A DNA stretch of 63,652 nt, counting the filler, from Choristocarpus tenellus KU-1152 (taxonomy: Eukaryota; Protista; Phaeophyceae), in NCBI GenBank assembly GCA_964200185.2. It is 9 parts of 9 records of this genome, joined end to end, with 100 filler letters (N's around TTAATTAATTAA, not from the genome) between each part and the next. Parts side by side here need not be neighbours in the genome. Positions count along the whole stretch, not along the records: positions 38,893 to 42,564 come from CAXNAD020018590.1; positions 42,665 to 54,053 come from CAXNAD020002343.1; 7 more parts are not named here. One strand, 5' to 3'. This document shows, piece by piece, positions 39,200 to 51,700 of the stretch. Position numbers and translations under genes: made by a program. A model generated the notes under the pieces. That model did no database searches. It saw nothing but the letters and a program-made list of their open reading frames with translations, and was not told the DNA's origin. Positions within the stretch are counted from its first letter, which is position 1. Each line of letters begins with the position of its first letter.

Positions 39200-40050
39200 A
39201 CACCAAACACCAAGTTTTCCATCAAAGTTGTCAGCCGAATCTGGGCGGGCATGGGCTGCAATGATGATGGTTTTGGGGATACGACTCTTGTGCTGCACAG
39301 TAGGGGGGGGGGGACCCTGGAAGGCGTCGCTATCATCCTCACGCGAAAATACCCTAACCCTTTCTTTCCCCATCAGCCATCACGTAAAACCAGGTTTCAC
39401 TCGCATGGATCGTGTTCGCCATGGGAGGCGTACACACACCGCGTTTCCGGTCCGCTCTCTCGCAAACAAAGTCCATTCTCCATACCTCTTGCCACGATGT
39501 AAGCTTGCGTTTGATCAGGCGGCGATTCGGCATGGCCTCCATATCATCATCATCCAAACCACCTCTTCATGGTGCTTGTACTATAGTTCAACCCGTTAAC
39601 AGCCATCTTCATTGTCACCTGAACTCTTCGCTGTGGATGACCGATTATCGGAGTTGATAGTATGTATGGTGGCCATCTTGGTCGGTGTGAGCTCCGAAGG
39701 CCGCCCGCTATGTGCCGCCACCCCTACCTTGGTCAGGCGTGTGGGGCTCATGGGCAATCTGATTGGCGACATCCTCCCAGAGCCCTCGCACGTAACGCTC
39801 TGATGGCTGGCCCAACATGCCGCTGCAGTTTGTGCTCACCAGGGACCATCACTAGGGCGTGCTGCACTGTAGGCGCAACCCTGGTATTCAGGGACACTTG
39901 GACACCCTTCCTATGCGGGAGGGGGGGTCGACGGGTGGATTGCCAATGCCGACATTCTGGCCCTCGACGTGCCCAGTTCTGGTCTCAAAATCACCCCAGA
40001 AGACCCCTACTTTGATACTTTGATACTTTGATACTTGGGTACTTTGACGG
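38893..40050 (-). mobile_element. Degraded Tc1/mariner transposase (plant/oomycete DD39D mariner-like)
   Basis: Minus-strand fragments IKRKLTSWQEVWRMDFV, IHASETWFYV (cf. VHxDEKWFY) and LLPAIKTKVP..KHVIVQQDGA (cf. IQQDNA.PH). Interrupted by an (AC)n tract and frameshifts, and cut by the contig end. Confidence 0.72.
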
Positions 40051-40936
40051 CTTGAAGCAACATCTCGAGTTTCTACCTGATGATCCCTCGACCCCCACCT
40101 TTTCGGAAAGCTGAGATTGTCAGCCCTATTTCATTCTGTGGGGTTATCGTCAGCCCTATTTCATTTGGCACTGTTCTCGCTCGGTAAGTCAAGATGTTTC
40201 GCGGCACAAACTTATGGCACAGACTTATGGCACAGATGTACTATGTTTTTGATCCAGTGTCTCCTACTTCCTCAGGTACAGTACGGAGGTACAGTTCAAT
40301 GGTACAGTACAGATGGAGGAAATACTCCACTTACTTCAATTTTGATACTGTACAGGATCAGTTTGAATACTTTGCAGGGAGTGTGGTGTGCGTATCTATG
40401 AGGTTACAATTCGATTTGATGGTATATTATGTTTCTATGATTTTTTGTGGGGACTTGATAGGTCCTGACATGAGGTTAACCCTATAATCACAGCAAAATC
40501 GGACTCATTCTCTTTTATTTTATTAATTATATATATATATATATGATTTTTTTTAAATAAAAGGCTGAGAGAGCTGAAAAAAATGCCTTCCCAATGTTAA
40601 GTTTTTGAACTGATGCTCTAAACAGAAGGAAGTATATTCTGGTTGATTATTGTAATGGTCATTAATTAACTAACTGCATACACATCAGAGATGTTGTCAT
40701 GTTTTATTTATTGTTGTCCTTATTGTAATTATTGTAATTATTATTGTTACTATTAGTATTGTTATTAGTATTATTGTTATTATTAGTAATATTGTCGTTA
40801 GTATTGTTATTAGTATTACTGTTGTTATTGTTATTGTTATTGTTTGCTTGTGTTCAATCCTCCTGTTGGTATGCATTGAAGCATGATAATGATAATGATA
40901 ATGATATCTCTCCCTTATTTTTCTGTGGGTGTCAAG

Positions 40937-41081
40937 GATACCTGCAAGTTTGATTACTGCAGGCATGATCATGGGTGTGTTGGGGAGGGGGGCAGCTTCG
41001 ACCCCTGAAGAGTTGGAACACAAAGTGTCTATAGTGTTTGGGATGTCTGCTCTTCTTCTCCTGCTGGCAACGGCTGTCCAG
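40937..41081 (+). CDS. Single exon of an MFS transporter, resembling the C-terminal helices of MFSD5/molybdate-anion transporters
   Basis: AG..GTAGGG-bounded open segment RIPASLITAGMIMGVLG..SIVFGMSALLLLLATAVQ within low-complexity intron-like DNA. The RIP...VFGM...Q spacing recalls MFSD5. Confidence 0.5.
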
Positions 41082-41261
41082 GTAGGGCATAGAATGTCAT
41101 TTCCATAAGAGTATTTGCATACTGAAGGAAATGAATGCTTTAGTCGAGATCTGTCATGGCATTGAGCGCCAGTTAGTACCAATTAGTGCCAGTTGGTGCT
41201 TTGGTGTAGAAGGCATGTTTCTTGTTGTATACGTAGCCTGTATGGTTGGGTTTTGATTCCA

Positions 41262-41412
41262 TTTTTGTGAAGTATAGTGGAGTAGATTCGGGTTGATATC
41301 TTTATTGTTATTTTATTTTATTTTTGTGAAGTATAGTGGAGTAGATTCAGGTTGATATCTTTATTGTTATTTTATTATTTTTTTGTGAAGTATAGTAGAG
41401 TAGATTCAGGTT
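41262..41412. repeat. ~60-bp tandem repeat x2.5
   Basis: TTTTGTGAAGTATAGTGGAGTAGATTC(G/A)GGTT occurs three times. Confidence 0.9.
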
Positions 41413-42664
41413 AATGTCAGTCATACTTCTCTGTCACAGTTGAAGGGGATGCAGGGGGTCGGCAATGTGGATTGGCTTGTTGGGTGGTCAAAGGAGTAGA
41501 AGGGTTGAGCTTGAGCTTGAGATTGAGATTGAGATGGTGAGGGCTTCACAACTGATATTTGAAAGAATTGATATTTGACATTTGATATTTCAGATGTGCA
41601 CTTGGAGTGTATATATTATTATTATTTATTGTTATTTTATTGTTTTATACATTGTATTGTATGTATGTGTATGTATTACTCTCTTGTGGTCGGACTATTA
41701 AGAAGCCAAAATTAGTTGGCAAGTGAAATCGGTAGAGTCCTTTGCTTGCTGGACTGAACCCATGTTACAAATTTTCGTACACGTTTTTATTTATATTTTC
41801 CCTTGTGAAGTGAACCTCCAAGAATTTTTTTTTCACTACTCCTACACCACACACTACCTTTCTACATCTTTTTTGATCTTTGAAACTGAATTACTTTTTT
41901 TTTTAGCTCTGCTATCGGCAGCATTTTTTTAAAAAAAGGTTGCATTCTTCAATGTAAGCTCCTTTTCTTATTTTTGGAACACAGAAGTGTCGCTACAGTA
42001 ACAGATACATAAGCTGTACGTACAAATAGTCTGCTGACCTTAGACCTACCTACCTCTACAATTGCAGTGACCTTGAGGTGATGAGTGGACACAATACATG
42101 AATGCACATGTAACCATCAACTAACCCTAACCCTAAGCTGTTGGAGGGTGCGGGTAAGAATTGGCTACCTAGTGCACTATCCTTCTGTACTCAACTCTGA
42201 TTTCACACGATAGTGCTGAAGGTATTGTTTGCAGGAAAAACCCCCCCTCAACTCTGATTTCACACCAAGCTGCTGATGGTATTGTTTGCAGGAAAAAGGC
42301 TTCCCCCCCTCTTGATCAACCTCCCCCTGTTCCAATGCCTCAACAACATGAATACATTCAATGTAAGAGTTGAGCTGAGGCGATGGGCCAATGGCATGCA
42401 GTGATACTACTCCCATCACTTTCCACAAGTACTAGTGAGTACTATGGTACTGCTATTTTTGACAATGTCACCTTGACTCGATCCTCCATCCACCCCTTCC
42501 CCCCCCCCCCCCCCGCCGCCCCCTCCGACCCCACAACGCGAACACCCCCCCCCTCGCCTCCCACNNNNNNNNNNNNNNNNNNNNNNNNNNNNNNNNNNNN
42601 NNNNNNNNTTAATTAATTAANNNNNNNNNNNNNNNNNNNNNNNNNNNNNNNNNNNNNNNNNNNN

Positions 42665-42785
42665 ACACACACACCCAACTGTATGTACACACACACCCAA
42701 CTGTATGTACACACACACCCAACTGTATGTACACACACACCCAACTGTATGTACACACACACCCAACTGTATGTACACACACACG
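42665..42785. repeat. ~21-bp minisatellite (ACACACACACCCAACTGTATGT-like) at the start of a CDPK intron
   Basis: Five units visible; runs into the contig end. Confidence 0.95.
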
Positions 42786-42788
42786 CAC

Positions 42789-45700
42789 CGTAGCACGCCT
42801 GCCTGCCCAGGGCCTGATACGTTTGCGAACATTTCTCCCAGCCGGGCGCTGTCCTTACCGCTGGACAGTAACCCCACCTGATCCAGCGCAGCTCTGAGGT
42901 CATGTAGAGTGATCAAGCCATTGCAGTCTTTGTCCAGCTTTTGAAATTCATATCTCAGTGACTCAACCTTCACTCAAAAATAGAGCCAACACACGCACGC
43001 GCACGCGCACACACACAAGTTTGGCCAGAAGAGACGGGATCCACCCATGTGGGGACACCATTGTGGTCAGGGGATGACATTTGTGTTATGTGGAGGAACA
43101 TGGATAAGAAGTTATTGTTAAAATTGGACAGGGAACAACAAGATTGAGGTTGTTCAAACTAGGGTTGGGGGTTGAGTCTGGAGATATACTTAAGGCAAGT
43201 TGATGCTGGGGTGACAGACCGGTAGGGGTGGCACAGGGAGAGAGGGAGGGAGGGAGGGAGGGAGGGAGGGAGGGAGGGGGGGAGGGAGGGGGGGAGGTAA
43301 CTCTACTGACTTGATCCACTGGTGTTGAATGAGGTGGAGGTGCACTGAAACGCATCTAGAATGAGAGTAGAGCAGAACATTATTATCAATTTGTGTTGGT
43401 GTTACAAACACATTAAAAAAAAGAAAAAAAGAAAAATTATTTCTAGACAAAAATTGAAATTGAATGTGATGCACTAGGACATGTTAAAAAAGCCACATCC
43501 TCAGTTGTTGGCATTTAAATGCTGGATAGTATGTCACCCATATCAATTAAGCACAACCAGTTTAAAACCTACAACGCAGTTGATATCTACTAGTTGGTCC
43601 TTCTCCCATATTTTGGGATTATTATTTGCATTTAATTCATTATTCCGAGTACATAAAATTCTACAAGATATATATTTTTATAATAATTATTGAAGTTACT
43701 AATCTTGTAGCTGGATCTTTAAAACACTCTAAGAACAGCAATATTGGGTTGTGAATGAGGGGTCAAAACACGTCAACACCGTTTCCTTTCTTCCTTAGGA
43801 GGTCAAGCACTCCACAGGTCAAGGCGTACACCTGTTTTGTTGTTTGAACTCCTTGATTTAACCACCATGTACAAAGGGCGTCTCTGGGCACTCAGGAAAG
43901 CAACTGTGCAAATAGCAGCAGTAGCAGCAGCAATGACAATTTCTTAGCATCAAACCACACATACACACTTACCACATAAGGTATCCTGAGTCACCTCATT
44001 TGCATGCCCCCAGACCCCTACATAAACCTTTCCACATCATCTCCCGACATACACCATCAGCTATTCCAAATTTATCCAGCCTAGGAGTACACAAACTTAT
44101 TACTGTCAACATAATCGCAACACATCAGTACATCTTATACTTTCAGGAATGTCATGATCCACATGTTCACACTACAGGGTACACCCCCTTCTTGCCATGC
44201 ACCTGCCAAGCCTCTAAGGTGTAAGCAATCATCTGTAGCACGAGCTTTTTGATGGTGCACAGTGACTCAAACGCCTGCAGTGATGCCATCACCCCTTGAT
44301 TCGGCAACTCTGGCTTGGGTTGAGCAGCCTGCCACAAAGGACGGGAGCAATGCTAGATAGTTTTAAAAGGTCATTGCATGGGCCATATTATATACCCAGG
44401 GACAATGAAAGGTTCACCAACAGGGTAGATAAAGGGTGGGGGTATGGGGCGAGGCAAACAACACTGTGCAGATGGGTTTTCCAAAGAGTGGATGGCCTTT
44501 CTCTCTCATGAGAGCACAGCAGAGTAGGGTGGGCAGAGGTGAGGAAACTGAAGACAGGGGGTCAACACACTTAAAACTAACGCAGGACATGCCAGAGGGT
44601 TGGTCTCATCCAAATGCAGATCATGAAGGCTCCATCTGAACAATGATGAAGCATGTGATACAAACACAAGCCTCCCTTCCTCCCTACACCCAGCACAAAC
44701 CTGCAGCCATCGGTGTCTCAGTGCCTCCTCTGCAGTAAGTCTCTTGGCAGGATCTAGTACTAGCAGCCTTGACACAAAGTCCTTGGCATCAGGGGATACT
44801 ATTACACCCCTTCCCCAGCTCCACTTAGCTGCCTTCACAGCAGCCAACACCTCAAAATCATCCCTGGAGAGACAAGTTGCAAGCACGATGAGTTCTTAGA
44901 AGCTCTTCTCTTTCTAGTTTCAACTCAATAAGAGAATAAATAGAGGCTGTTCTTGGTCAGCGGCATGGTACATGACCTTGGAAGAAAGTGCTAACAGAAT
45001 GGTTTTACGAAATACCTATCATAATACCTTCAATGATCAACTTCACACCAATGTACCCCCACATCAACCCCTATTTTAGTCACAATATTAGTCGCAATTT
45101 AGTCAGCACTATTCGAGATTCCCTGGATTAGCCAGTGACCAGCCTCCCAAAATACAGCCATAAATATTTTACCTTGGGCTCGAGTAGAATAACTGTGTCC
45201 CAATAAGTGTCGAATAACCTAGTGTTATCCTTACGTTGTATGTGCTGATACAAGTATATATAACACAGTTTCATGTATGTTTATCTTTAGTTTCGTACCA
45301 CAAAATGTGGTAACGTTCAAAACGGTATATTAAGCAAAGGTATGATGAATCAGTGTTTCTTCACATATTTATTATGCCCTCTGACATTTATTATTATTTT
45401 GCAGATATGTCAGGGGAAGAACTAATGAAAACTATTCACCTATCTGAAAATTCCCTAACCCTAAGTAACACTTGTCACAAAAGAAAAAGTGCTAAATCTA
45501 TTTCCTACTTTACTACCACATATCTATGTTGTACTACTGCCTTCCTATGTCCCAAACCTATTCCTGTACCCCAGGGTGAGGAGCTAGGGAAGCATCCCAC
45601 GAATCTATTAAGCCCCTCCTTGCTAATCTCCCTGGTGACTCCAGCTTAAAACGCATGACCCGGCAAGATCTGACGGCAACTTTTCTGCTGTAGCCTCCCA

Positions 45701-48700
45701 TTCCTCTCCCCCCTACCATGTGTGTAGCTAGCTCATCCAGAAAACGTTTCACTTGCTTGTCAATGCGCCCAAAACTTTCCACCGCAAAGGTTATTCATAC
45801 ATCAGTGATGTTGGACAACTGGCGGGCAATAAATAATTCACTGTATGTTCACCATGTAACTCAACCAGCGGCTTTGGGCAACGAGACTTTCCATGTGCTA
45901 AGCTACTCAACACACTTCTAAGCGCTTATCAACATACTCTAGCTAGAGGGGGACGCAGCCGAACTGGACATCACTCATGGCCTCAGACGATTTTCACCCC
46001 AAACTCCTTCAGTTGCCTGATGACAATTACGCCAACTGGTTCACCACAACATGCGCCTTGCTGGGCACTAAAGGTGATACTGACAAGGAGTTGGGGCACA
46101 GGGATGACCCCCTTAGATTGGGTGACATTAACTCCATCGAGAGGGAGGATGTGAGTGAAGAGAAGATCACCAAGGGCAAAAAGGCATACTATGTCCTGCG
46201 GAGAAGTATCAGTGGGTTTTGCAGGTGCATTGTCCGCAATGCAGCGTCACCATCAAAAGCTTGGCAACAGCTGAGGGAACATTTCCTAATACACTTAGAC
46301 AAGGAAATAGCAATATTTCAGAAGGTGATGACCGTCAAGATGCCATGGGGGGGGTCAGACCCCAAAATTGCCTTTACTCAAATGTTAGGTTGGGTTAGAC
46401 AGATGGCGATGATGGGGCATGTGATGTCGAAACCGGTTCTACAAATCGCCATGCTAGACTGTTTGGATGATGATTACCAGATCACCAAACACTACCTACA
46501 GCATCACAAAAAAGGTGAGCGTTCGAGAGTTACGATCCAACAACCTGCTCCTTCGCGCTACTTCCCCCTACAACAAGAGGTAGCTGATCGTGGAGAGTCT
46601 GGGAGAGCTGTGGTCGCAAGGACCTCCATCAAAAGGTTGGCCGAGGAGGCAGTCATGGTACGACTAGTCATCGTATAGACCATGGCACGACAGGATCCTG
46701 TGCCAGGGGTAAGACCAAGGTCCGAGAGACAAGTGGTAAGTGTGGATTGGTCGAGCATGCCGGTCCTTGCACGTTTGGAGGACTGTGCTACAGCTGTGGG
46801 AGCAAAGGGTGCCTGCGGGCTATTTGCCCTCAGTGGAGGGTGACACCGTTAAAGTCGACAGGAGAATTAGCTGGAACAGAGGAACTGGCTAAGAAAGGTG
46901 AGAGGAAATTCAAGACAATGTTAGCCGCTGTGGCTGACAATGGCAAGGTGAGTTTGAATGCTTTCGAAACATGGTGTTTTGATTCGGGGGTCTCCAACAG
47001 CGTAACGAAAGACTCCACGTACATGTATAACTTCACCACATGTCCACAACGCCACAACATGGCCATGGCTGACAGCACATCACTACCCATTGAGGGGTAT
47101 GGCAAGATTGACTTGAATTTCAATGATGCCACGACGAGTGAATGCATGTTACTTTGGGGTCTGTCACATCCGTCCCGACAACAGTGTTCAATATCCTCTC
47201 TTCATACTCTGCTGGCATGGCTAAAGAAGTAACCATCAAGGGAACTGGTGATGCGTATTATGTATCTGATGGGGAGGGCCTTCCACTTATTCTTAAGTGG
47301 GATGGATCCATGTATACTGCTGATGGCAGAACACTCCCACCCCTAGATGATGCACCTTTGTTTGCAAATGTCTCTTTTACACCTTTGCACATCAACCTTT
47401 TTCATTGCATTCTGAACCATGCTGGCGAGCAAATCCTCTGTCACACAGCTACGGAACAGGGTATCCAGCTGTCTGGAAATATAACTGTGTAACGGAGGAT
47501 TTGCTCACCGGCATGGTTCAGAATGCAATGAAAATGTTGACATACTCAGGTATAGAAGAGACATTTGCAACCAAAGGTTTATCATCTGGGGGTGGGAGTC
47601 TTTCACCGTCAGCAGCATATATATGGATCTATCCCACTTAGCGCTAAGGTACTCAACAATATGTGTGTGGGGAAAGGAGGACTACTGCTTCAAAGGCAGA
47701 CCACAGCACCGACCTCTCTTGTGCAATTGACACCCTCAGTGTACCAAATACCATGTTCTAAACACCAACTTACATATCCATCTCTACAAAAGTAGTGCAG
47801 TACCACTGCACAAAGGCATCTGAAGTGCTTCCAACGGGCAAAATAGCGTTATTTCTACATATTTCAACCAAAACACTTCTTACACCTCAGATGGCACCAA
47901 CCCCCCCACAACTGAAATAGCTTCCACCAGAAAGAGTTGAACAGAGAAGCTCAACATCTGATACAATCCCGTAGGTTGAGATATCACTTCCAACCTTACA
48001 AACCAAGACACATACAGAAATTTACACCAAAAAAGAGTTCAATGAGGCTCAATCTTGCTAATCATAGAAAGACCCTGCTCTCATCAGCATGGTCCGGCAG
48101 TCAACAGACTAATCAAACCTACCCCATCACCACCCCTACCCCCACTCTGTCTCAAAGTTAATAGCTCCCTTGAAAATGTTCTGGGTGTACTCACCTCCCA
48201 GTGAAGGGAGGTTCCCCTGTGAGAAGCATGAACACCAGGACACCGAGCGACCATAGATCACAAGCCTGTGTATAGGCACCAGATAGACACTCAGGCGCAA
48301 TTGTGTAAGGTGTGCCCACTGGAACATGCATGACCTCATCCTGAGAAAAGAAACAAAAGTGAGACATCGTAAATGGGGGGGGCAGACGAGGGGATTGAGT
48401 TTGATTTGATATTGGTCTTGAGCACGAGAGAAGATGCAATACACTCTGGAGTATATTAACAAGGCTGAGGACTTGAGGTTGCATCGTCACTGGGGGAAGA
48501 GGTAGGAGATTGGCACTCTATAAACAAAACTTGTACAGTGGGTGGTACTCCCAATGGTATACATACAATGTTTGAACGTTTTGAACATTATTCAGAACAC
48601 CACAAATCTCGGTCCCAGGTGCATTTTGCTTGGGTCTGTATCTGACAGCAGCAGCCTAAAACCAAGTAATTTTTATCATTTCAACGTTCCCATTGGTTTC

Positions 48701-51700
48701 ATATTCCATTCATCACAGTTTAGAGGCATTCTATGAGCCATGTCATAAGACCAGCTTCAATCTAAGATGAAGATCATAACATTTCCACATACGTATCCAC
48801 ACACAGAAGTTAGACCAGGTGCTCTACATGTTGGGCAAGTTCTTTTCTTGGCAGGGACTAGGCAAGGGTCATACAGGGACCATACAGTCACAGTCAGTTT
48901 TCTTGATACCATAATGAGGCTAACCGTGCTTGGCAGATTGCAGTCATTGAAAGGTACTACTACACCCTTTCTTATCAATGAATCTGACGATGATATCTGA
49001 TGATAATATCTGATGGTCACCACCTAACACACTTGTTTGTGCTCTTGAAAGAGCAGTCCAAAAAGTTATACTCTATGTTCGTATACTTAGAATGGTGATA
49101 GACCTGAGTGAGAGAGTGTACTGACCTCCTATGGAAGCATTTGACTTCATTATTTGATTTCATTATTTTACTACAGTGAAGAATAGGATGGAACAACTCC
49201 AAGGTGCTGAAGAACGCTATTGAGCTAAAATCGCCATAATGCTCTAGAGTAATAGGATAAGTATGACTCTGCTAGGATGTTAACGCACAAAGATAAGTGT
49301 ATCTATGTTCATCTCTTTGTTGTAGTGATCGGATCACAAGTTGTAAGATTCATTACTCCTTCCTAAGAGGGTACTTCTTAGATTGGACAAAGGTTAGAGT
49401 ACTTATATTGAAGTACATTGTTCCCCACAACTACAATGAATATATTTAAAGTGCTTCCCACCTTGCCAAAGTGTGTGGACAGTCCGAAATCAATGAGCTT
49501 GAGCTCGGCATCAGGGGCTGGAGACTCATACACCCAGTTCTCAAGCTGCTCCGCACCAAAAACACACAATGTACAGACCCAAACAGCAGTGCCCCCCCCC
49601 CCACACCAACACCACACAACCCCCAGCAAGCAGTAAGATCAAGTATAGGAAGAAGAGGGAGGGGATTAGATGAGGAGTAAATCTGCCCCAAAAGCAGATA
49701 ATTGTACATTTAAGCACTATCTCAGAACGTCCCTCTCAAACACAATAAAACAAAAGATGACATAGTGTTGCGCTTAACAATCCTCTCCTCCATGCCTCCA
49801 ATGACCTCTCCTACCCTTGACCACACCATGAAGTCACCCCGACCTGCAACAGACTCCCCTTCCTTCAAGGTTGCAACCATACCCCTCTCTTCTCCTGCAC
49901 AATACTACATCACACCTATCTCTGACACAGGTTGTGCCTAACCCAAGGGAGTTGTCTACACTATGATGTGCTGCAAATTATGCAAACAGCAACACTAATG
50001 AATAGGGTAGCCCCTATCACACATTGAATCAATCATGATGCAAATTCTTAACCCTACTATCATCACTATCATCACTCCTTGGCACATCCAAACTAACCAC
50101 ACAAAGCCACTGTAGCATCGTCTTCACTAGAGTCACACCAATCCCAACCTCCCTATCTACCACTCTCAGCATAAACATAAACATACCTTGAGATCTCGGT
50201 GGCAGATGCCATGGGCATGGCAGTGTCTGACAGCAGAGAGCATCTTCCGTGCCAGTTCTGAACACATCATCTCGGAGTAATGCCCCTGAATACCACAAAA
50301 AAGGCAAGAGGCAGGGTATGGGAGGGGAGTAACGGTAGAGATGCATCCAATTCACAGTCGGAAGACATGTTTCATCAGTACACCTTGAACACATGAAAAT
50401 TCTGGAAGAAAGGGAGTAGGGAAGTAGGAGAGGGAAGGGGGAAGAGAGATAGTGAATCAACAACAGGACTAGTGGAGGGACAGCGTTTTTAGAAAAAAAG
50501 AGTTGGTCATAAGTTCAGGGAGAGATAGTTCGAGAGTTGAAGAGGGAGGTGCTCGAGTGCACACAAATTGACACACAGTATCATATCGTACACACTTTGG
50601 AGCAAGAGCAACCTGATAGAGAGTTTGACATTGAAGATCGGGGCAAGGGATATACCTCTTGAAACACACATCATAGTTTAAACCTCATGGGGAAGTACTT
50701 CAACCATAAACATCCACCTAACGTTAGAGTAGATCAAAATATATTAGGGAGTTAACTGTGTATGTGTGCATGTGCATGTTGAGTGTTCAGTTTCACTCAC
50801 CAGCTTGTTGAGCCGTGTGAGTAGTTCCCCCCCTGTGCACAGCTCCAGAATGAGGCATATGCTGTCCCTATCGGGATATAAGAGCACCAACCACATAGCA
50901 CAGATCAATGACAGCATGCAGCAAAATGGCGGAATGGCATAATAGCAGAATTTAACGTCAAGGGTCAGTGAGGGCAGGCCAAGGTGGGGAACCAGTCAAG
51001 TCGCCAAGATCTAGGGCCTCATATTATTGCACCCTGGCCAGGCACGGGGATGTGAAGAGTTGCAGTCAGGGCTATATTTGGTGGGACCCTGACTTGTGTC
51101 CTCAGTTGATTGTCATACTAATGACTATGGCAAACAATCGTAGTGAGGACTATCAAGCGTCTCTGTCTACACCTTGTGGGACTCTCATGTATCTCAAGCA
51201 GTCGGCAGATGTTGGGGTGGTTCAATTGTGCCATGGCCAGCACCTCATTCCGCAGTTCATCTGCCTGCTTAGATCGCACACCACAACAACCATTCAGGAG
51301 ACAAGGAAATGAGACGAGGAAATGAGACAATGAAATGAGACAAGGAAATGGGCATGAGAGGGGACAAGAGCGAATAACATTATGATAGTTACAACAAATT
51401 CGACACATTGTGTGTGCGCCAGGGCATGAGAGGGGACAAGAGCGAATAACATTATGATAGTTACAACAAATTCGACACATTGTGTGTGCGCCAGGCCATG
51501 AGCACAGTATAATAGGACTTACAACAAATTTGAGATGGAGTGTGTGGGCAAGAGGAGCAACCTGTATCACTGGAATGACTCAACCACGCCAGAAAAAAAA
51601 AATGTTTGCAATTGAAAGCAAAGTATTCTAAGCAGGGATCGAACATCAGAGGCAGCAAGTGAGAAGCACTGAACATGGGTTGATGAAGTACTGGTCAAAA

